Origin: Candidatus Bathyarchaeia archaeon
GTDB taxonomy: Archaea > Thermoproteota > Bathyarchaeia > Bathyarchaeales > Bathycorpusculaceae
Direction of reading: 5' to 3'
DNA: 32,000 nt
NCBI GenBank assembly: GCA_041447175.1
Contig: CP166960.1
Location: 199,118 to 231,117 of the forward strand
The position numbers and the translations under genes were made by a program. Of the stretch, positions 16,328 through 24,193 are shown piece after piece (the first letter of the stretch is position 1; every line of letters starts with the position of its first letter). The notes beneath the pieces were generated by a model. The model searched no databases and had not been told where the DNA came from. It was given only the letters and a program-made list of their open reading frames with translations.

Positions 16328-18541
16328 ATGAGCGATACACACGAAGTTCAACTCCGCGCAGGCGACGCCCGACAACGCGACGTCGGCAGAGGCATCGCCC
16401 GCATTGACCAAAGAACCATGCAGAAACTTAACATAAGCGCTGGCGACGTTATTGAAATCATTGCAAAAAGAACAACCAGCGCCATCGCGTGGCCCGCCTA
16501 CAGCGAAGACCAAAACCGCGACATCATCCGCATCGACGGTTTCACCCGCAAAAACGCTGGCGTCGCCATCAACGAATACGTCATTGTCCGCCCAGCCAAA
16601 GTCAAAACCGCGTTAAGCATCACTTTGGCGCCGGTGGATATGCGCCTTAATGTGGATGAAGATTTCACAAATTTTGTTAAAAACCGCCTCATGGAACGCA
16701 CCCTCGTGGAGGGTGACACCACGCTGGTGATGATGTTGGGGCACGCAATTCCCTTCACCGTCAGCAAAACCCGCCCCCACGGCATCGTCAAAGTCACCGC
16801 TGAATCCCGCTTAACCATCCTAAATGAGCCCGCGCCTGAAGCTAAAGGGCTTCCCCGCACCACCTATGAGGACATCGGTGGCTTGCACGACGAGATTCAA
16901 CGCGTTCGCGAAATGGTAGAATTGCCGCTTCGGCATCCTGAACTGTTCCAGCGACTGGGCATTGAACCCCCAAAAGGTGTGCTGCTTCATGGTCCGCCTG
17001 GCTGTGGCAAGACGTTGCTGGCTCGTGCGGTTGCCAACGAATCTGAAGCCAACTTTTACAGCATCAACGGTCCCGAAATCATGAGTAAATTCTACGGGGA
17101 ATCTGAAGCGCGGCTGCGGGAGATTTTCCAGCAGGCTCAGCAAAACGCGCCCAGCATCATATTCATTGACGAGTTGGATGCCATTGCGCCTAAGCGTGAG
17201 GAAGTCACGGGTGAAGTGGAGCGTCGTGTGGTTGCGCAGTTGCTTGCTTTGATGGATGGGCTCTCGGGCAGAGGCAACGTCATTGTCATTGGTGCCACGA
17301 ACCGTCCCAGCGCGTTGGATCAGGCGTTGCGTCGTCCTGGCAGGTTTGACCGCGAAATTGAGATTGGGGTGCCTGACAAGAAGGGTCGTTATGAGGTTTT
17401 GCAGATTCACACGCGGGGTATGCCTTTGGTGCCTTGTGTTGAGGGTGCCACGGGTGAGGAGGCTTCTAAGGGTGTGGATTTGAATCGTTTAGCGGAGATG
17501 ACTCATGGTTACACGGGCGCTGACTTGTCGGCTTTAAGTCGGGAAACTGCCATGAAGGCGCTGCGTCGGTATTTGCCTCAGATTAACTTGGAAGAAGAGC
17601 GGATTCCGCCCGCCGTGCTCGAAAAGATGGAGGTTCAAATGGATGACTTCATCAACGCCTACAAAGAAGTCACCCCAACCGCGATGCGCGAGGTCTACAT
17701 TGAGGTTGCGACTGTGCATTGGGGCGACATCGGCGGTTTGGAAGAAGTTAAACAGCACCTGAAGGAGTCAGTTGAGTGGCCCATCAAGTCGCCTGAAATC
17801 TTTGAGCGGTTAGGCATTAAGCCGCCAAAGGGCATTTTGCTGTATGGTCCGCCTGGTTGTGGCAAGACGTTGCTGGCTCGTGCGGTTGCCACCGAGTCTG
17901 AGGCTAACTTCATATCCATCAAGGGTCCTGAAGTGTTTAGCAAATGGGTGGGTGAATCCGAGAAAGCTATCCGTGAGGTTTTCCGCAAGGCAAGGATGGC
18001 TGCTCCTGCCGTGGTTTTCTTTGATGAGATGGATTCGCTTACGCCTCAGCGGGGCGGAACCAGCGACAGTGGCGTTTCAGAACGCGTTATCAGCCAGTTG
18101 CTAACCGAGATGGATGGCATCTTGTCTTTGCAGGATATTGTGGTTGTTGCGGCGACGAACCGCCCGAACCTTATTGACCCTGCGATTTTGCGTCCTGGCA
18201 GGTTTGACCGTTTGATTTATGTGCCTGAGCCGGATGAGCAGAGCCGCCTGCAGATTCTTAAGCTCTACAGCGCGAACATGCCCTTGGCTAAAGACGTGGA
18301 CTTAAACCAAGTGGCTTTGCAGGCCAAGTTCTATTCTGGCGCTGACCTTGAGAACATTTGCCGTGAAGCTGCCATGCATGCACTGCGGCGAGACGTGAAT
18401 TCGCGTGAAGTGACGATGCAGGACTTCTTGGACGCCATCAAAGAGGTTGGTCCCTCGGTCTCTCCTGACATGGAGAAATGGTACAAGAGCTTCATGAAGC
18501 AGGTCCGCCAAGTACAAAAACCATCCACACCAATCGCTTAG
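16328..18541 (+). CDS. cdc48: Cdc48/VCP-like AAA+ ATPase (two AAA domains plus N-terminal double-psi barrel domain)
   Basis: N-domain [19 protein letters not shown]...GDVIEI. Two Walker A sites ([15 protein letters not shown], twice). Walker B sites IIFIDELD and VVFFDEMD. Second-region-of-homology motif [16 protein letters not shown] in both domains. TATA-like TTTATATA at 16267-16274 and AGGAG at about 16312. Confidence 0.95.
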   Translation: MSDTHEVQLRAGDARQRDVGRGIARIDQRTMQKLNISAGDVIEIIAKRTTSAIAWPAYSEDQNRDIIRIDGFTRKNAGVAINEYVIVRPAKVKTALSITLAPVDMRLNVDEDFTNFVKNRLMERTLVEGDTTLVMMLGHAIPFTVSKTRPHGIVKVTAESRLTILNEPAPEAKGLPRTTYEDIGGLHDEIQRVREMVELPLRHPELFQRLGIEPPKGVLLHGPPGCGKTLLARAVANESEANFYSINGPEIMSKFYGESEARLREIFQQAQQNAPSIIFIDELDAIAPKREEVTGEVERRVVAQLLALMDGLSGRGNVIVIGATNRPSALDQALRRPGRFDREIEIGVPDKKGRYEVLQIHTRGMPLVPCVEGATGEEASKGVDLNRLAEMTHGYTGADLSALSRETAMKALRRYLPQINLEEERIPPAVLEKMEVQMDDFINAYKEVTPTAMREVYIEVATVHWGDIGGLEEVKQHLKESVEWPIKSPEIFERLGIKPPKGILLYGPPGCGKTLLARAVATESEANFISIKGPEVFSKWVGESEKAIREVFRKARMAAPAVVFFDEMDSLTPQRGGTSDSGVSERVISQLLTEMDGILSLQDIVVVAATNRPNLIDPAILRPGRFDRLIYVPEPDEQSRLQILKLYSANMPLAKDVDLNQVALQAKFYSGADLENICREAAMHALRRDVNSREVTMQDFLDAIKEVGPSVSPDMEKWYKSFMKQVRQVQKPSTPIA

Positions 18542-18556
18542 GAGGGAAAAAATAGA

Positions 18557-18790
18557 GTGCCATTGCCAACCAAAACTTGGAAAACCCGCCCCGCATACTT
18601 TGTGCTGCTAGAGACGCTGCGCAAGAAGGGCGATTTACCTGAAAACGACCTTTTCAACGCGTTGCAAGACGAGTTTGACGATTTAGGCTACAAGGACTTC
18701 ATAGACTTGCTGCTTAGGCTTGAGGTTGCGGGGAAAATCCGCACCACCTCACTGTCGCGTGGAAAAAAACGCGTCGAACTAGTCCAATAG
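18557..18790 (+). CDS. Small hypothetical protein, possibly winged-helix-like
   Basis: GTG start 10 nt downstream of GGAGGG (18541-18546), which overlaps the cdc48 stop. 77 aa with a helical pattern (FVLLETLRKKG, LFNALQDEF, FIDLLLRLEVAGKI) and a basic hairpin (RTTSLSRGKKRVEL). No family recognised. Confidence 0.5.
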   Translation: MPLPTKTWKTRPAYFVLLETLRKKGDLPENDLFNALQDEFDDLGYKDFIDLLLRLEVAGKIRTTSLSRGKKRVELVQ

Positions 18791-18795
18791 CGTGT

Positions 18796-20016
18796 GTGAA
18801 CACTTTGAAGACTGTGCGGGACGCCATCGTTATCGGTGGTGGACCAGCAGGCTCTTTTTCTGCATATGAACTCGCCAAACGCGGTTTAGATGTAGCGGTT
18901 TTCGAGGAGCACTCCACAATAGGGCTTCCGTCGCATTGCGCGGGGCACTTGAGCATCCGCAGCTTGCGAGGGTTGGGTTTGTTTCCGCTTCCTCAAGGCG
19001 TTTTGGAGAACACGTTTTCGGCGGCTAACTTTTACTCACCCAACGGCACCAAATTCAGCGTCCACCTCTCCCAGCCCGTAACTTGCGCGGTTAATCGGGC
19101 GCGGTTTGACCAGTTGTTGGCGGAGAAGGCACAGCGTGCAGGGGCAGAGTTCCACTTGGATACACGGGTTGAGTCGCTTGCCTTGCGGGACGGTTTTGTG
19201 GAAGGCGTGAGCCTCACCAAAACGCGTGAGCAGGTTTCTGCACGGTTGGTTGTGGATGCGGAGGGGGTTTCTTCGCGGTTGCTGCGTCAGGCGGGTTTGC
19301 AGGCGCTTAACGGCAAAGAACTTGCTTACGCGGTGGAAGCCGAAGTTGAAGGTGTCTGCGATGTGGAGGAGCATGCGGTTGAGGTTTACGTGGGCAAGGA
19401 TTTTGCGCCAAACTTTTACGGCTGGCTCATCCCCCGACCAGACGGAACCGCAAAAGTCGGGCTCGCAACCTGCAGGGGCAACCCCAAACAATACTTTGAA
19501 CGGCTACAGCGCAAGCACCCCATTGCATCAAGGCAGCTAAAAACGGCTAAAATCAAAAGCATGGCATACCACGCCATCACACTGGGCGGACCCCTCCCAC
19601 GCGCCTACACCAACGGATTCTTGGCAGTCGGCGACTGCGCCTCACAAGTTAAACCCACCACAGGCGGAGGCGTAATCTTCAGCCTAACCTGCGCAAAAAT
19701 CGCCGCCCAAGTTGCCCAAGAAGCCCTCCAAAAAGGCGACCCATCCGCAGAAGCCCTACAACCCTACCAGAAGCGCCTTGATGCTGCGTTGGGCTTTGAT
19801 GTTTCTGTCATGAAGCGGGCAAGAAAAGCCGTTTACACTTTTTCCGACGCGAAACTTGACCGCGCTTTTGGGTTCGTGCAGCGGGTCGGCTTGGGAAAGG
19901 CACTGCGGGATATAGACGAAATCGATTTTCAAGGGCGTATGTTTTTTTCTATGCTCACAAAGCCTGCTGCTTACGCTTCGTTGGCTTATTTATTGACGTT
20001 GTCTCTGCCCCTTTGA
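18796..20016 (+). CDS. Geranylgeranyl reductase family flavoprotein (digeranylgeranylglycerophospholipid reductase-like)
   Basis: FAD dinucleotide fold DAIVIGGGPAGSFSAYELAKRGLDVAVFEE. YGWLIPRPDG matches the Y-x-W-x-F-P type motif. LAVGDCASQVKPTTGGGV is also present. Starts with GTG 5 nt after the upstream stop. Confidence 0.85.
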   Translation: MNTLKTVRDAIVIGGGPAGSFSAYELAKRGLDVAVFEEHSTIGLPSHCAGHLSIRSLRGLGLFPLPQGVLENTFSAANFYSPNGTKFSVHLSQPVTCAVNRARFDQLLAEKAQRAGAEFHLDTRVESLALRDGFVEGVSLTKTREQVSARLVVDAEGVSSRLLRQAGLQALNGKELAYAVEAEVEGVCDVEEHAVEVYVGKDFAPNFYGWLIPRPDGTAKVGLATCRGNPKQYFERLQRKHPIASRQLKTAKIKSMAYHAITLGGPLPRAYTNGFLAVGDCASQVKPTTGGGVIFSLTCAKIAAQVAQEALQKGDPSAEALQPYQKRLDAALGFDVSVMKRARKAVYTFSDAKLDRAFGFVQRVGLGKALRDIDEIDFQGRMFFSMLTKPAAYASLAYLLTLSLPL

Positions 20017-20260
20017 GCGTTGTGGCTTTTGGCTTTAAGGCTTCAAAAACTCTGTCTGCTTTCTCAAAAATTTCTATCTGCTTAAGGCTCAGAGGCTGCG
20101 CTAATCTGTAGGCAAATATTTTGCCACTCCTGCCTTTCAAAACTGGCAAATTTTCAGGAAGCATATGAAATCCCGTTAGTGCTATACCGCAGAGTAGTAC
20201 TCAAGTTATACTTAAGGCTTGCAAAAATCTCCTGTCACCCGTGATAGGTACCCTACCTCT

Positions 20261-20365
20261 GACCTACCCCTATCCCCTCTCACTTTCCCCGTTTATGCTT
20301 CGACCTACCCCTCTATAGGTACTGCATCGATTTACTATTAGGATACTAATAGGCACAAAATAGCT
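20261..20365 (-). repeat. Inverted copy of the 15.46-15.56 kb repeat unit plus extension
   Basis: Hand alignment of the reverse complement of 15504-15564 against 20261-20320 gives 55 identical columns of 62 (GACCTACCCCTATCCCC.TCT.CACTTTCCC.GTTT..GCTTCGACCTACCC.TCTATAGG). Similarity is weaker but recognisable out to TATTAG and CTATTT.G..C.TATTAGTA at 20321-20365. Confidence 0.7.
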
Positions 20366-20441
20366 TCTCTTTTTCCTGTTTCGTCTGACTTCTTTGTCGT
20401 AAGGTTGCTTGGTTTTACTAACATGCATTACCTGTTGGCTG

Positions 20442-20478
20442 ACCGTTTTTTTATAGTAATAAACTAAAACGGTTTTTT
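20442..20478 (+). terminator. Stem-loop ACCGTTTT/AAAACGGT (8 bp, 16-nt loop) followed by a T-run
   Basis: Arms 20442-20449 and 20466-20473 are exact reverse complements. T-run at 20473-20478. The region is non-coding. Confidence 0.3.
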
Positions 20479-20486
20479 AAGTCCTG

Positions 20487-20513
20487 CGCGCGCTATATTA
20501 TATATAACGCGCG
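20487..20513. repeat. Near-perfect 27-bp palindrome CGCGCGCTATAT-TA-TATATAACGCGCG, followed by T8 at 20523-20530
   Basis: GC-clamped arms around an alternating TA core. I found one mismatch when comparing 13 nt from the left arm start (20487-20499) with the 13-nt right arm (20501-20513). Confidence 0.6.
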
Positions 20514-20871
20514 GTAAGCCCATTTTTTTTCTGTAAATGCTTGATTAGATTGTACATGAAGTTACCTATTGATAAAAATGCAGCAATTGCTGAAAGTACG
20601 TCGTAAATCAGCTCTGTCACTTAATAGGTCCCTGTATTATTAATTATATTTACGTCTTTAAGTGTTGTCAAAAGATTGAATATAAAAAACGTTATGGTTT
20701 CCCTGATTTCCCAATGGAAATAATGAAAGTGAACACCAATAGCTATTAAACTCAGGTTTCTTGCTTTTTGAGGTAAAACGCATCGCTCTTTAACATCATG
20801 TCTTTTATTCTCACAACGGTGATGATGAACATGCCTATAAAGACACAAAAAGCCGCAACCAAATTGTCATA

Positions 20872-21200
20872 TTAAACATATCCATAACCCAAGACGACAC
20901 ACATTATCAGAGTAAAGAACAACAAGACAACATACAATATGGACAAATTGTTGTACTGACTTCTTGCGTTTTTATCCCGAATGGTATCTTGAAAGTGCTT
21001 CAGAGCAAAAAAGGCTAATCCAACAAGAATGCTGGTTGCGGTTACAAGTCCATTGACAATTGTTGGGCTATATTCTGGTTTGAGGATAGGCTATGTGGCA
21101 AAAGAACCTACAATGCAACAAGAACAACCACAGTGAAGAAGACGTTACAAATTCGCCTTACTTTCCTCGTTGCATTTGCCCTTTCTTCTTCATCGTCCAT
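20872..21200 (-). pseudogene. Disrupted small membrane-protein gene (two hydrophobic ORF fragments in different frames)
   Basis: The ATG at 21200 gives MDDEEERANATRKVRRICNVFFTVVVLVAL and then TAG at 21108-21110. A second frame is open from 21090 to 20872. It reads PILKPEYSPTIVNGLVTATSILVGLAFFALKHFQDTIRDKNARSQYNNLSILYVVLLFFTLIMCVVLGYGYV and has no usable start codon. Confidence 0.3.
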
Positions 21201-21286
21201 AGTTTTTATTGACTGATGTTTTGTTTTAAAGGTTTTACATTGTTGCTTTACACAGTATCAAGCTTGTGGTTTTTCTTTAAAAAACA

Positions 21287-21748
21287 CTATTTTGTCCACT
21301 CTTCTAAATCGAATTTGACTAATTTACTCTCATACCAATGGTCAACAGCATCTTTGAAGAAGCCCTTTACCTCTATTATACCTGAGTATCCCTCTTTTTT
21401 TAATTCTTGAGCAAGCTCCTTTACCTCGCGCCAGTCGAAAATGTCTTTTCCTTCTGTAAGTTCAATCGGAAAAGGAAAGTAACTCTGGCGTACAAAATGC
21501 AAAATTTTGTTGTTTGGAAGAATTAGCCCTCTTGAACTCATCGTGACTGTTTTGCTACCTGTATTTTTAGCAGATAAAATAAACATAGCTTCTAATGGTC
21601 TACCTTGGTCAACGAATCCAAAAGATAGAGTAACTTTAACTTCTCTCTTGTGTTCCTTCTTTTGGCTAATGATTGTGAATGTGGAGAGTACCGCACCGTA
21701 CAAAGCGATTAGCAAAGTAGTAAGTACGTCCCATCCGCCGAAATCCAC
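21287..21748 (-). CDS. Hypothetical protein with one N-terminal TM helix and a ~120-aa domain of unknown family
   Basis: 153 aa. The TM helix is WDVLTTLLIALYGAVLSTFTII followed by KKEHKRE. Next comes a beta-rich region (VKVTLSFGFVD, AMFILSAKNTGSKTVTM) and a charged helical end. No motif recognised. Confidence 0.6.
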   Translation of the reverse strand: MDFGGWDVLTTLLIALYGAVLSTFTIISQKKEHKREVKVTLSFGFVDQGRPLEAMFILSAKNTGSKTVTMSSRGLILPNNKILHFVRQSYFPFPIELTEGKDIFDWREVKELAQELKKEGYSGIIEVKGFFKDAVDHWYESKLVKFDLEEWTK

Positions 21749-21866
21749 GTTAATCCCTTCCAGATGAGGCTATTTACTGCCAAGCCGTTTTAAGTTTTTT
21801 TGCATCTCTTCTGTTAATAAAAAATTTAAAGTAAAAAATCGCTATAACAAAATTGAGTGTGGTAAA

Positions 21867-22169
21867 ATGGTTCGCATATTCATTTCTCATAGTAGTAAAG
21901 ATAAATGGCTTATTGACCCGATTGTGGCTAATTTGAAACTTATTTCCGTCGCAGAAAAAGGCGTTCGGGTTTCAACAGTGGTTGAGTACATAACAGTTTA
22001 CGTAAACTTTGATCCTCTCGATTCTAAAACTCTGGATGAAATGATTCAGAAAGTCACGAGTAATGCTGTATTTATAAAGGAAAATAGCGCCAAAACGAAA
22101 GCGGCTTTAGCAATGGTTCTGTTGCTTTTTTGTGGTTTCCTTTTGTTGGCGTCTGGGGGTTCAAAATAG
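21867..22169 (+). CDS. Truncated TIR-like domain protein with C-terminal TM helix
   Basis: The N-terminus MVRIFISHSSKDKWLIDPIVANL matches the canonical TIR start (compare FFISHASEDKEAFVQDLVAAL in bacterial TIR proteins). The EKGVRV and DEMIQKVTSNAVFIKENS segments fit beta-B, alpha-B and beta-C. The chain then ends in AALAMVLLLFCGFLLLASGG where the catalytic-Glu helix would be. 100 aa in total. Confidence 0.45.
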   Translation: MVRIFISHSSKDKWLIDPIVANLKLISVAEKGVRVSTVVEYITVYVNFDPLDSKTLDEMIQKVTSNAVFIKENSAKTKAALAMVLLLFCGFLLLASGGSK

Positions 22170-22294
22170 TGGGCAATGGGGTTTTTCTCCATGGAAAAGT
22201 CTACACACCACCCACAGCTCTCACTGTTTTTGTCTGCAAATGCTTAAAGCATGCACTTTACAATTTTGTTAGCGGTTAGTGAGTTTGATTTGGT

Positions 22295-22657
22295 ATGCGT
22301 GAGTTTGCTTACAAGCAGGTGTTGGTTTTCCGCAAAGACCTCCAGCTTAGCAAAGGTAAAGTTGCTGCTCAGGCGGGGCATGCGGCGGTTTCTGCGGCTC
22401 AGGAGGCTCATATTCATCATAGGGCGTGGTGGGATGCGTGGATGTTTGAGGGGCAACGCAAAATCGCCGTCAAAGTCCCCACCGAAAAGGAACTGCACGA
22501 GCTGGAGGAAGCCGCCGAAGACCTCGGTTTGCCCCACGCGCTCATCGTGGATGCGGGGTTGACAGAGATTCCTGAGGGCACGGTGACTTGTCTGGGGATT
22601 GGTCCCGCCCCCGCCGACAGGATGGACCGCTTGACAGGAAAACTCCAGTTGTTGTAG
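22295..22657 (+). CDS. pth2: Peptidyl-tRNA hydrolase, archaeal/eukaryotic Pth2 type
   Basis: 120 aa. KQVLVFRKDLQLSKGKVAAQAGHAAV, GQRKIAVKV and LIVDAGLTEIPEGTVTCLGIGP are the Pth2 family signature stretches. Confidence 0.9.
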   Translation: MREFAYKQVLVFRKDLQLSKGKVAAQAGHAAVSAAQEAHIHHRAWWDAWMFEGQRKIAVKVPTEKELHELEEAAEDLGLPHALIVDAGLTEIPEGTVTCLGIGPAPADRMDRLTGKLQLL

Positions 22658-22667
22658 AGGGGTTAAT

Positions 22668-24038
22668 TTGGGGGTTCCTGAGCTTGAACGCCAAATGGGC
22701 ATCAGCGCCTACCTCACCACGACAGCGGGGTTTGGTGGAGCAATCAGGGGAACAGTGGAGGATTTTGTGGTCGAAGAAACCCTCGTCGACGGCTCCACCG
22801 CAACCACAACCCAAACCGCAGCGACAAAACCTGCACTGGGAGCAACCGCGGAACGCCGAACCTACCTGCTTTGCGTGCTGGTCAAACGTAACTGGGACAC
22901 TTTTATCGCCCTCAAAAACATCGCCCGCGAACTCGGCGTCGAACCCGCAAAAATCCAAATCGCAGGCATCAAAGACGCCAAAGCCGTCACCGCGCAGTAC
23001 ATAACCCTCAAAGGCGTCACCGCCCAGCAAGCCGCAGATGTCCAAGTCAAAGACATGCAGCTTCGCCCCTTAGGTTACTTTCGCGAGGCACTCTGCCCGT
23101 TTTACCTGTTGGGCAACAACTTTAAAATCGCCATCTCAAACATCCAAGCCGACGAGGCGGAGGTGGAGCAGCAAACCGCACAGGTCGCGGAGCAAGTTGC
23201 CGCGGCGGGGGGTATCCCAAACTTTTTTGGGCACCAACGCTTCGGAACCACCCGCGTCATCACCCACCTGGTCGGCAAAGCCATGGTTAACGGCGACTTC
23301 GCGGGGGCGGCTATGGTTTTTCTGGGCAACCCCAGCCCAAACGAGCACCCCCAATCCCAGAAAGCCCGCGCAGAACTCCAAGAAAGCGGAGACTTCAAAC
23401 AGGCACTCGCAGAGTTCCCCGTACAACTGCGGTTTGAACGCGTCATGCTAAGACACCTCGCCGAAGACCCCGCGGATTTTGCGGGCGCCTTCCGACGGCT
23501 CCCCCTCAAACTGCGCACCCTGTTTGTGCAGGCATGGCAATCCTACCTGTTCAACCGCTTCCTGAGCGCGCGGCTCAACAGCGGACTCGGATTGGGCACG
23601 GCGGAGGCGGGGGACTTTGTGGTGGGTGTGGAACGCTCAGGACTCCCCCTCACACGCACAGGCAAATTTGTCGCGGAAGCAAACGTTGCGGAGGTCAATC
23701 GCCAAATTGCGGCAGGCAAACTTCGCGTCGCCCTACCCATCTTTGGTTCAAGGCAGCGGCTCTCCGAGGGCAAGACGGGGGAGATGCAGCGGCAAATTCT
23801 CCAAGAAGAAGGCGTGACCGACAGGGGCTTTTGGGTTCGCGAGCTGCCCGAAGTCAACTCCAAAGGCGAATTACGCGCGGCAGTCTGCCCCGTGTGCGGC
23901 TTCACCGCAGACAAAGCAGCCCCAGACCTTGGCGGGTTACGGTTGCCGCTGCAGTTTCGGCTGCTCCGAGGCGCCTACGCCACCGTACTCCTACGCGAAC
24001 TCATAAAACCCAAAGACCTCATAGCCGCAGGATTCTAA
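22668..24038 (+). CDS. truD: tRNA pseudouridine synthase TruD/Pus7 family
   Basis: GISAYLTTTAGFGGAIRGTVEDFVVEE, GIKDAKAVTAQYITL (catalytic Asp context) and NFFGHQRFG. Starts at TTG 22668, 10 nt after the pth2 stop, with an alternative ATG at 22695. Confidence 0.85.
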   Translation: MGVPELERQMGISAYLTTTAGFGGAIRGTVEDFVVEETLVDGSTATTTQTAATKPALGATAERRTYLLCVLVKRNWDTFIALKNIARELGVEPAKIQIAGIKDAKAVTAQYITLKGVTAQQAADVQVKDMQLRPLGYFREALCPFYLLGNNFKIAISNIQADEAEVEQQTAQVAEQVAAAGGIPNFFGHQRFGTTRVITHLVGKAMVNGDFAGAAMVFLGNPSPNEHPQSQKARAELQESGDFKQALAEFPVQLRFERVMLRHLAEDPADFAGAFRRLPLKLRTLFVQAWQSYLFNRFLSARLNSGLGLGTAEAGDFVVGVERSGLPLTRTGKFVAEANVAEVNRQIAAGKLRVALPIFGSRQRLSEGKTGEMQRQILQEEGVTDRGFWVRELPEVNSKGELRAAVCPVCGFTADKAAPDLGGLRLPLQFRLLRGAYATVLLRELIKPKDLIAAGF

Positions 24039-24193
24039 CGTGCCCAAAACGGTGGTGAGGTTTACTGGGGCTCCAGATGGAATCTAGGAGAGAAGGAGAA
24101 AACGAAACCCAACGAGCAAAGTTGGAAATCATCTCCGGAGTCCACTCAGCCCTCACCATTTCACTTCTTAAACCAAAAAGGGGGAAAAGGAGT

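Larger units (their letters stand above)
20370..22240. other. AT-rich, low-coding-density island (possible foreign or decaying DNA)
   Basis: My hand count of one 60-nt line here gives about 35% G+C; flanking genes look well above 50% by eye. The region holds only two intact ORFs over 100 codons, several broken hydrophobic ORFs, hairpins and palindromes. It starts directly after the inverted repeat copy and ends at the pth2 promoter. Confidence 0.6.

Noticed and set aside
19955-20164. 69-aa minus-strand ORF overlapping the 3' end of the GGR gene by 62 nt
   Set aside because: No recognisable motif and a substantial convergent overlap with a confident gene. It could be a remnant, but I cannot support it as a gene.
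20487-20513. The palindrome and flanking AT-rich DNA as a replication origin
   Set aside because: No ORB-like repeated boxes flank an unwinding element, and no orc1/cdc6 gene is adjacent. A single palindrome is insufficient.
20375-22237. Short imperfect direct repeat at both island edges (CCTGTTTCGTCTGAC at 20375-20389 and ACTGTTTTTGTCTGC at 22223-22237) as possible att sites
   Set aside because: It is only about 12 matching positions with an indel, in T-rich DNA. That cannot be distinguished from chance without a comparison genome, and no integrase gene is present.
22542-24058. Alternative-frame or antisense ORFs within truD (167 aa on minus, 138 and 174 aa on plus, and others)
   Set aside because: They are Arg/Gly/Pro/Cys-rich translations of a GC-rich gene whose main frame carries the TruD motifs. 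There is no independent evidence of coding.
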